From the NCBI GenBank assembly GCA_902774285.1, contig CACYHO010000001.1:73303-137302 (forward strand): a DNA stretch of 64,000 bases, given 5' to 3'. A program made the position numbers and the translations under genes. Positions 57,611-64,000 of the stretch are shown one piece after another. Within the stretch, counting starts at the first letter, position 1; each line of letters opens with the position of its first letter. The notes beneath the pieces are model-generated. The model searched no databases. It saw only the letters and a program-made list of their open reading frames with translations, and had not been told where the DNA came from. The DNA comes from an uncultured Pseudomonadota bacterium (GTDB lineage: Bacteria; Pseudomonadota; Alphaproteobacteria; Rs-D84).

Positions 57611-58401
57611 TCATTCAGACATTCTGGGACACTGTCATTACATATTAAATATTCAACATTGTCTATCGTCACATGAAATCCCTTTGACATACCTTCGGAC
57701 ATTTTTGGGAAAGTATTTGAATTCATATCTCGCGCAACTGCATTTGCCGAATATATACCATTAGGGTGACCAATGTATAATCTGTGTATAGTTGGATGTG
57801 CAGGTTGTTGGTGCATGTATAAAATATCTTCACCAACATGTAATTTTCGACCACATTGTGATTCCAACCACATACCAGCCGGAGCAAATGGATGGTTGCT
57901 CGGACACTCTATAAGTCCCTGTGGGGCTGTTTCGTTAAATGTAAGTTGTCCACCCGGACAATAATGGTCATTTAAGCATTTTCTACACTCGTCAATATTT
58001 GCCGGTAAATAATATCCAGGATTACAATTATGGACATTAGGTGTAAAGGTTGCGGTTATATTTGCAGAATTATTATATGCTCTTAGGAAATCGTTTTTAC
58101 AACCATTGGCTATATTTCCTGTGATTTGAACCTTGAATTTATTACCTTGGTCAACATATTCATTAAAACTGAAAGTTCCACCATTGCAATCATAAATATC
58201 AGGACACACCACACAACCATCATTATTTGCCGGAACATAATATCCGGAATTACATTGATATTGACTTGGGGTAAAGGTTGCTAATAAAAAAGTGTCATTA
58301 TTCAAACCAGAAGAACAACCATGTGGAATGTTTGACATAATCAAATCGTCCGCAAATGCGGGTATTGATATTATTAAAAAAATCAAAAATAATTTTTTCA
58401 T
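57607..58401 (-). CDS. Secreted Cys-rich protein with two internal repeats (furin/VSP/ephrin-receptor-like CxxGYY...CxxC modules)
   Basis: Signal peptide MKKLFLIFLIISIPAFA-DD. The repeats are TFTPSQYQCNSGYYVPANNDGCVVCPDIYDCNGGTFSFNE and TFTPNVHNCNPGYYLPANIDECRKCLNDHYCPGGQLTFNE. Confidence 0.7.
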   Translation of the reverse strand: MKKLFLIFLIISIPAFADDLIMSNIPHGCSSGLNNDTFLLATFTPSQYQCNSGYYVPANNDGCVVCPDIYDCNGGTFSFNEYVDQGNKFKVQITGNIANGCKNDFLRAYNNSANITATFTPNVHNCNPGYYLPANIDECRKCLNDHYCPGGQLTFNETAPQGLIECPSNHPFAPAGMWLESQCGRKLHVGEDILYMHQQPAHPTIHRLYIGHPNGIYSANAVARDMNSNTFPKMSEGMSKGFHVTIDNVEYLICNDSVPECLND

Positions 58402-58424
58402 TTTTTGTTATGTTTCCAGAACAT
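58398..58424 (-). CDS. Candidate 8-codon leader peptide (uORF) MFWKHNKK
   Basis: ATG at 58424-58422 lies 4 nt after GAGGAG. Its TGA (58400-58398) overlaps the ATG (58401-58399) of the Cys-rich gene, which has no SD of its own. Confidence 0.35.
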   Translation of the reverse strand: MFWKHNKK

Positions 58425-58547
58425 AGTTCTCCTCTGGCTAGAAGAGTACGGCGTCAGCCGAGAGGTGTCGCAATTACATAATTTATTTTTGGGCGACACC
58501 CCGTCACTTTGTGACACCCCTATAGCCAGAGGGGAACTTTTACTCCG
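58425..58547 (-). promoter_or_regulatory. G+C-rich nested-hairpin intercistronic element
   Basis: The outer 10-bp stem pairs 58431-58440 (cctctggcta) with 58523-58532 (tagccagagg). The inner 8-bp stem pairs 58464-58471 (ggtgtcgc) with 58493-58500 (gcgacacc) around a 21-nt AT-rich loop. There are small extra hairpins (gtcac ttt gtgac, cggc gtca gccg). Confidence 0.55.
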
Positions 58548-59303
58548 TCACAACACTGGGCCAGCTATAAATTGACCAGTGCCTTGGTTGTAATAAAATT
58601 TAGCTTCTACTTTGTCGAACAAACAAGGTATATTGTCTTGATCGAGAACAGGGATAAAATCACGAACAAGAGCGTCATTTTCGTAAATTTGTACAAAATA
58701 CATTTTTATTTTTGCGTATTCCATTGCACTGAATCTATTGCTCGTAGCAAACAAAAAGTAAGAGTATATTGAAGAAGGAGGACTTGTGTTTTTGCTTTCT
58801 GTTGTTCCATTGATGTTTAAGGTGAAAATATTGCTATTTTGTGTCATCTCTAGAGTATAAACTGTGTTTACAGATATTGGTGTTTCTAAAGCACCAGAAA
58901 GTGATGAATGATAAATAGAGACAAAGCCATTAGTTCTTATATATGGTATAAAATAATAACTTGGTTGAGCCCCTGCAATCGATTGACCAGCACTTACATT
59001 TGTGTATTCATATTTTATAATAACGCGGTAATTATTTTGATTTGAAAATTTAAATCCTGTATCAATATATTGTGTTCCTGTACTTTCTAAATATTCGATT
59101 GGTGTATAGTCTGACATTTTCCATCCTGTAAAAGTATAACCATATTTTGTTGGTGGGGTGGATGGGATAATTAAATCACTATCAATTACACATGTTGAAT
59201 TTTGATATGTTGTTCCGTCATAATTTTTCCAATATAAATTTATAGTATCTGCACATACCGTATTACAGAACAGTAATGATAATAATATTAAAAGCCGTTT
59301 CAT
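58548..59303 (-). CDS. Secreted protein: Listeria-Bacteroides (Flg_new) repeat plus C-terminal jelly-roll/lectin-like domain
   Basis: Signal peptide MKRLLILLSLLFCNTVCA-D. PPTKYGYTFTGWK is the Flg_new signature. EYLESTGTQYIDTGF ... LFDKVEAKFYYNQGTGQFIAGP recalls a family I have seen in phage tail-fibre-like and gut-bacterial surface proteins. Confidence 0.65.
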   Translation of the reverse strand: MKRLLILLSLLFCNTVCADTINLYWKNYDGTTYQNSTCVIDSDLIIPSTPPTKYGYTFTGWKMSDYTPIEYLESTGTQYIDTGFKFSNQNNYRVIIKYEYTNVSAGQSIAGAQPSYYFIPYIRTNGFVSIYHSSLSGALETPISVNTVYTLEMTQNSNIFTLNINGTTESKNTSPPSSIYSYFLFATSNRFSAMEYAKIKMYFVQIYENDALVRDFIPVLDQDNIPCLFDKVEAKFYYNQGTGQFIAGPVL

Positions 59304-59547
59304 TTGATGTTTTCTCCCCGAATGTTAAATAAAAAGACCGTCACAAAGGGCGGTCAGGGAGTTCCTAATCACTAAATTACTGATTCCGTGGTCTTTCAGT
59401 TTCCCGTGTTTTATAACCAACGGCTCCCCGACCATAAAGTGTCAGGGATGATAACGGTGCAAAAAACACCGATAACATCATTTTAACGATGCTTTCGCAC
59501 CGAATTTAGTGGACTAGGAAAGTCCAAAACCCAATCCCTTGGATTCA
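59304..59547 (-). promoter_or_regulatory. Long structured 5' leader (riboswitch- or attenuator-like) of the 58548-59303 gene
   Basis: On the minus strand, a 10-bp helix GGUCGGGGAG (59433-59424) / CUCCCUGACC (59361-59352) closes two hairpins (59423-59404 and 59385-59367). There is a competing upstream UCCCUGAC (59448-59441), a GACCG/CGGUC hairpin plus U-run (59355-59327), and the SD GGGGAG (59319-59314). Confidence 0.5.
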
Positions 59548-59553
59548 AAAATC

Positions 59554-59582
59554 ATTATAAAATACAGGTTATCAAATGTAAA
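59554..59582 (-). promoter_or_regulatory. Near-consensus sigma70 promoter
   Basis: Minus strand: TTTACA (59582-59577), 17-nt spacer, TATAAT (59559-59554). It starts 11 nt downstream of the addB stop. Confidence 0.55.
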
Positions 59583-59592
59583 CAGAAAAAAC

Positions 59593-62073
59593 TTAATCAT
59601 CCACGCGGGCTAAATCATCATATTCATGATATTTGGCACCAACACTGTCGCGGTATTCATATTCGGCAACTTTGTCTGTGCTGTATTGCCCGAATAATTC
59701 GCGAACCTTTTGCACAGATGTATCTATCATTTCTTGTGCAATTTCATCGCTGTATTCTATCAATTCTGGATTTCCATTTTTTAATTGTAAAAATTGTATT
59801 ATCGGTGTGATTGAAACATCGTACATTTTAAGCGGAAAACCATTGTTTTGCATTATAAATGCTTCCAATGGTAATTGTGGCATTGTGCCGTCCAATAATT
59901 GTTTTTTTGTTGGTGCAGATCCTGTTTTTATGTCCATAACCACACCGTCCCATATAATATCTGCACGCGCACGAACATTGCGCCCGGCAATATTTACTGA
60001 GCCAAGAACCTCTTTATACTTAATCGATTTATTCTTAAAGAATTCTTCGACAAACGGTGCGATTTCACAAAATCTTTTATGCCAAAAATAAAATAAAATT
60101 GAATTATCTGGTAATACTTGCTTTGCACGTATATCCATTTCATCTATTAATTTTTTCGCATTAAAATCTTTTGCGTTTTCAATTACATCATGAACCAAGA
60201 TTCCAAAATTACGTGCATCTGGCAAAACCCAATAATCATCTTTTTTGCGCAATTTCAAAATATGTTTTACATAAAATGCATACGGATTATGAATTAACAA
60301 TTCAATTTCTGTGACATAAACATCACTTTTATCAATTGGTGGTGTTGGCGCGGAATAATCAAGTGGTTTGTATGGCACATCGTCGTCCGCCCTAACCTGT
60401 TTTAAAATTTCACTATCTATTTCTATATCACCAACCGCGACACGAACACGTGAAAGAAAACGTGATTCTGTTGTTAATGTTCCGCCCATCTGTTTTGAAC
60501 GCAACCAATAGACTTCCGTCGCACAAGATAAATTCATAAAATCAAGCGCCATCAAAGATACCTTCCTATTTGGTGATGGCAATCCGATTTCGTTTGCTAT
60601 ATTACGTGGCAACCAGGCATTTTCATAACCAAGTCCCGGGAACATTCCTTCATTAAGGCCTGTTAAAATAATAACATCTGCGGTTTGCATACGCGATTCA
60701 ATTGTTCCCAATACACACACCTTGCAATCTTCATTTTTTATCGGACGTATTGATACAGAACCAATTGCATCTGCAATAAATGCACGCGCATCAAAAATAT
60801 TTAATACTATTTCGTTTGCCCTTAAAATATCTGCGGTTTCTTTTATAGCATTCCAAATTGGAATATAGCTTTCGTTTTCTATTGTGAAACTTGGTTGAAA
60901 ATTATACCCATTTTCAGAATCAACAAATGCAACCAACATATTAAATAAATTGTAATCACTTTGCGCATACAATTTTTCAAATTCTTTTTGATTATTTTCA
61001 ATCCAATCATCAAATAAATTTAATATCGCACGTCCTGTTTCACTCATTGCCCCGGACAAACCAGACGAAAAGTCTGCATCAATGCCTAACTTGGTCATTT
61101 CTGACTTGATACGCTGATTCGCAGCGGCATCTGGTGTAATAATTAAAACAGATTTATTTTCAGACACTGCACGTTTTGCAATTTGTGTTGCAGTTAACGC
61201 TTCTTCGCTTTCACGTGCACATTCAATCAATTTACAATTATTTAATTTGCTATCAACATGTTCACCAGTATTACCAAAGGCGATATTCATAATATCTATA
61301 TCACTTTTACCAACATCAATTGTTTGAACATCATCAACAGACAAACCCAACTTTTTCAAAAATAAATATTCGCTTTTGTATGGATTAGTATCCAATTCAA
61401 AATCTTTTGTTTCGCCATCAATTTTCCCAGATAAAATTATTTTACCATTTGGTATACGCGCGACATATTTCATTAAATCTGCCGTGGCCGGCACAGAAGC
61501 AGTTGATCCACAAACAATCACACAATCATATTTATCCAAATGATTTTTCCATGCACGAATATCGGCATTTCTTTTTTGTGTTGTTGTAGGTCTGTCATTT
61601 GGTAATTGTTTCAAAATATCCAAAATGCGTGCTTTATTTTGAAAATGTGTTGCATATTTATCATCTATTAATTCGGCCCAATTAACATCCGTGATTTGAA
61701 CACCTTCGTTTTCCATATAATCTTGCATACGAATAAAATCATGCGCCAAAGGCAATGCCGTCGCTATGTTTCTGACATTTGCATCCATTGATAAAAGTTT
61801 AGATAAAATAATCACGCGTTCGCGATTTGATATTGTGTCTGTGCAAACATCTTCTTCGTCTTCTGATCCTTCGCCCAATGGAACAAGGTTTGGCAAAATA
61901 ACCGCATGCCCTACTTTTTCAACAATGAATTTTTCAACACTTCGTATAGCACGACGCGATGGCAAGAAAATTAAAACACGTGAAAAATCATTGATATACT
62001 GCGCAATCTGTCCCCACAGCGCATCTAGCACACGCATGGGATTCGATACATTAAAAATATTATTATTTGACAC
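59593..62073 (-). CDS. addB: Double-strand break repair protein AddB (alphaproteobacterial type)
   Basis: N-terminal RVLIFLPSRRAIRSVEKF, a C-terminal PD-(D/E)XK nuclease (GRNVRARADIIWDGVVMDIKTGSAPTKKQL...PQLPLEA) and a DDLARV tail. Confidence 0.8.
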   Translation of the reverse strand: MSNNNIFNVSNPMRVLDALWGQIAQYINDFSRVLIFLPSRRAIRSVEKFIVEKVGHAVILPNLVPLGEGSEDEEDVCTDTISNRERVIILSKLLSMDANVRNIATALPLAHDFIRMQDYMENEGVQITDVNWAELIDDKYATHFQNKARILDILKQLPNDRPTTTQKRNADIRAWKNHLDKYDCVIVCGSTASVPATADLMKYVARIPNGKIILSGKIDGETKDFELDTNPYKSEYLFLKKLGLSVDDVQTIDVGKSDIDIMNIAFGNTGEHVDSKLNNCKLIECARESEEALTATQIAKRAVSENKSVLIITPDAAANQRIKSEMTKLGIDADFSSGLSGAMSETGRAILNLFDDWIENNQKEFEKLYAQSDYNLFNMLVAFVDSENGYNFQPSFTIENESYIPIWNAIKETADILRANEIVLNIFDARAFIADAIGSVSIRPIKNEDCKVCVLGTIESRMQTADVIILTGLNEGMFPGLGYENAWLPRNIANEIGLPSPNRKVSLMALDFMNLSCATEVYWLRSKQMGGTLTTESRFLSRVRVAVGDIEIDSEILKQVRADDDVPYKPLDYSAPTPPIDKSDVYVTEIELLIHNPYAFYVKHILKLRKKDDYWVLPDARNFGILVHDVIENAKDFNAKKLIDEMDIRAKQVLPDNSILFYFWHKRFCEIAPFVEEFFKNKSIKYKEVLGSVNIAGRNVRARADIIWDGVVMDIKTGSAPTKKQLLDGTMPQLPLEAFIMQNNGFPLKMYDVSITPIIQFLQLKNGNPELIEYSDEIAQEMIDTSVQKVRELFGQYSTDKVAEYEYRDSVGAKYHEYDDLARVDD

Positions 62074-62617
62074 CGATAATATCTCTTAATTCTTCCAAAC
62101 CAAATTTCTTTTCAGCAGATGTTTCTAAAACTTTTTCAATCATCGCAGGATGATTTTCATGTGACAATTTAACCTGATCGCTTTCACGAATTTTTTTATC
62201 TTTTTTTGTATAAACAACCTGATAACAAATTCCATTTTTATCACAGAAATCCATCAAATCCAGATCAGAATCTTTTGGACCAATACGCGAATCTATTAAA
62301 ACAAACAACCTACGTAATTGTGAACGATTTAATAAATATTCTTCTAATCTTTCCAGCCATTTCAATGCTTCAGCCTTTGACACCCGCGCAAAACCGTACC
62401 CCGGCAAATCTACAATCATAGATTTATCATCCATATTGAATAAATTTAAACTTTGTGTACGCCCCGGTGTATTAGAAGTACGTGCAACTTTTTCACCCAA
62501 CACAGCATTTATAAGTGAAGATTTGCCAACATTACTGCGCCCAACAAAAGCATATTCTGCAAATTGCGTATTAGGCAGTGATTTAACAGTTTCAAAAGAT
62601 CCAACAAATTTAATCAT
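62063..62617 (-). CDS. engB: Ribosome biogenesis GTPase EngB (YihA/YsxC)
   Basis: FVGRSNVGKSSLINAV, VDLPGYGFA and YTKKDK are G1/G3/G4 motifs in the EngB arrangement. Confidence 0.9.
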   Translation of the reverse strand: MIKFVGSFETVKSLPNTQFAEYAFVGRSNVGKSSLINAVLGEKVARTSNTPGRTQSLNLFNMDDKSMIVDLPGYGFARVSKAEALKWLERLEEYLLNRSQLRRLFVLIDSRIGPKDSDLDLMDFCDKNGICYQVVYTKKDKKIRESDQVKLSHENHPAMIEKVLETSAEKKFGLEELRDIIGVK

Positions 62618-63402
62618 TATTTATTCACCAATTTTTTATACGCTTCTTTTTTTGAAATACCAGCACGCGCAGCCAATTCAGCCGCCGCAGATTTCGTAGA
62701 ACCAGACACAATATCATTAACGATTTCACTTATTTCATCATCAGTCATTTTTTTATCAGGTGCCGGCGCAACAACAATAACTATTTCACCACGTGGCGAT
62801 TCTATGTTTAATAAATCGGCCGGATATCCAATAATTGTTTCTTCGTGAATTTTTGTAATTTCACGAACAATTGCAATTTGGCGTTCTGGCATTACTGTTG
62901 CCAAAGTCTTTATTGTATCCATAACACGATTGGGGCTTTCATAATAAATAATAGTGTGACGAATCTTGTTATCTTCATGAACTTTCTTTTCATCAAAGAA
63001 ACCACAGAAAGTAAATCTATCTGTTGGAAATCCTGTTAAAACCAGCGCAGATATAGCAGCCGTTGGCCCCGGAACAACAAATACAGGAACATGGGCAGCA
63101 CGCGCCGCACGAATAAGACGAAAACCTGGGTCGCTTATCCCTGGCATGCCAGCATCGCTTACTGTTGCGACAGATTGTCCGTTAATTATTTTTTCAACCA
63201 AAGAATCTACGACTTCGCGTTCATTGTATTCATGGCACGATACTGTTTTTGTCTTGATATCGAAATGTTGCGCCAATTTACCGAATACACGCGTATCTTC
63301 GGCGGCAATTAAATCAACACCACGCAAAATTTCTATTGCGCGTGGCGACATATCTGACAAATTTCCAATTGGCGTTCCAACAACATAAAGCCCTGATTGC
63401 AT
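62617..63402 (-). CDS. rsmI: 16S rRNA (cytidine1402-2'-O)-methyltransferase RsmI
   Basis: The ATG at 63402 follows an AGGA SD and gives MQSGLYVVGTPIGNLSDMSPRA. DAGMPGISDPG and YESPNR are present. The ORF-track N-terminal extension is probably not translated. Confidence 0.9.
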   Translation of the reverse strand: MQSGLYVVGTPIGNLSDMSPRAIEILRGVDLIAAEDTRVFGKLAQHFDIKTKTVSCHEYNEREVVDSLVEKIINGQSVATVSDAGMPGISDPGFRLIRAARAAHVPVFVVPGPTAAISALVLTGFPTDRFTFCGFFDEKKVHEDNKIRHTIIYYESPNRVMDTIKTLATVMPERQIAIVREITKIHEETIIGYPADLLNIESPRGEIVIVVAPAPDKKMTDDEISEIVNDIVSGSTKSAAAELAARAGISKKEAYKKLVNK

Positions 63403-63451
63403 TTTGAATCCTTTTATAGTAGAATAATACATACAAAAAGTAGGTTTTTCA

Positions 63452-64000
63452 ATGTATATGAATAAATTTTTAGTTTTTTTGTCTGTTTTATTGTCTGGCT
63501 GTGGCGCAAACCAGATAACTAAACAGGCATCTATCGCGACTTCCAACCCAACAGATATTCAAAATGATTATCTTTATTCGGCTACAAATTACGGATCAGA
63601 CGATGCCGGTCCAAAGGCAAATATTGCCATATTATTACCAATGAACGGTCCGTCTAAATCTGTTGGTAATAACATAAAAACATCGATAGAAGCTGCTTTT
63701 TTACGCAAACCAAAACAAAACATCAGCGTTTCTTTCTATGATATGTCTGGCGAAGCATCAAGACGCGACCTGGTTGTACGCGACATGCTTAATACCAACC
63801 CAGATGTTATTATAGGCCCATTATTTGCCGAAGATGCTAATTTCTTACGCAGTGCAAAACCATCAAAAACACCTGTTATTTCATTCACATCTGATGTAGA
63901 AGCTTTGGGCAGCAATGTTATAACTATGAATTTAATTCCAACCCAAAGCATTGAAACTATTATCAAACAAATGAAAGATGATGGTGCACAAAACATGATT
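63452..64000 (+). CDS. LpoA-like / type-1 periplasmic-binding-fold lipoprotein, N-terminal part (3' end off-window; not in ORF track)
   Basis: The frame is open from the ATG at 63452 to the window end (183 codons, checked by hand). MYMNKFLVFLSVLLSGCGAN has a lipobox. ANIAILLPMNGPSKSVGNNIKTSIEAAF is PBP1-fold-like. It is divergent from rsmI, like yraM (lpoA) in E. coli. Confidence 0.6.
   Translation, partial: MYMNKFLVFLSVLLSGCGANQITKQASIATSNPTDIQNDYLYSATNYGSDDAGPKANIAILLPMNGPSKSVGNNIKTSIEAAFLRKPKQNISVSFYDMSGEASRRDLVVRDMLNTNPDVIIGPLFAEDANFLRSAKPSKTPVISFTSDVEALGSNVITMNLIPTQSIETIIKQMKDDGAQNMI

Noticed and set aside
59352-59433. Superficial resemblance of the three-way junction to a TPP riboswitch (GGGGAGCC ... 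CUGAAAG ... ACC ... AGGAA).
   Set aside because: The diagnostic CUGAGA and ACCUGAUCUGGAUAAUGCCAGCG cores are not present, and the downstream gene is a secreted protein rather than a thiamine gene. I also found no convincing match to the c-di-GMP, SAM-II, fluoride, ykkC or ZTP cores I can recall.
59352-59448. The two GGUCAGGGA-type segments as a possible SRP (4.5S) RNA, and TTGAATCC (59547-59540, minus strand) as a T-loop of a tRNA or tmRNA.
   Set aside because: There is no GGAA tetraloop or AGCAGC symmetric-loop motif for SRP RNA. There is no acceptor or T-stem pairing and no CCA context for a tRNA or tmRNA.
59517-59525. A plus-strand GGAAAGTCC, identical to the universally conserved P4 segment of RNase P RNA, with ACAGAAAAAAC nearby at about 59582.
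   Set aside because: An RNase P RNA starting here on the plus strand would need ~300 more nt and would run deep into the well-supported addB coding region (stop at 59593). No other RNase P core elements are visible. The match also forms a simple local hairpin (GGACT/AGTCC).
1-64000. I looked for CRISPR arrays, IS or transposase genes, integrases other than xerD, prophage genes, tRNA/rRNA genes and long direct repeats.
   Set aside because: None was seen by eye. The only repeats are the two tandem gene duplications. The only intergenic gaps over 140 nt are 58402-58547, 59304-59592 and the rarA upstream region, and none has tRNA-like features. A computational scan (tRNAscan-SE, Infernal, ISEScan) is still needed.

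Overview
This is an AT-rich, gene-dense chromosomal segment of about 70 genes with short gaps and many overlapping stop/start codons. It looks alphaproteobacterial and host-associated: it has rpoH, an alpha-type addB, a DUF721/DciA-like gene, an RHH_4 protein, secB and a VirD4-type coupling protein. I saw no rRNA, tRNA, IS element or CRISPR array. Most genes are housekeeping: der, gltX, trmB, rarA, ftsK, secDF-yajC, mutL, greA, xerD, trxB, serS, typA, recA, ruvC, ruvA, mltA, secB, yebC, mnmE, xthA, addB, engB and rsmI. Five parts are unusual. (i) At 12.0-14.1 kb, a tightly packed four-gene operon encodes a membrane protein, a degenerate HNH-like protein, a SUKH/SMI1-like protein and an RHH protein. 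(ii) ybeY and lnt are fused in frame. (iii) At 37.0-44.4 kb, nine glycosyltransferase-type genes form an island with no visible flippase or polymerase. (iv) Three FAA1-type acyl-CoA synthetase paralogues sit in tandem, and one is frameshifted. (v) At 57.6-59.6 kb, two signal-peptide proteins follow a near-consensus promoter: one has eukaryote-like Cys-rich repeats, the other a Listeria-Bacteroides repeat plus a jelly-roll-like domain. A ~245-nt G+C-rich structured leader precedes the first gene, and a structured intercistronic element with an 8-codon uORF precedes the second. This module sits where addA would normally follow addB. My best candidate for an undescribed system is (v), followed by (i). 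All family assignments come from motif recognition by eye; no searches were run.
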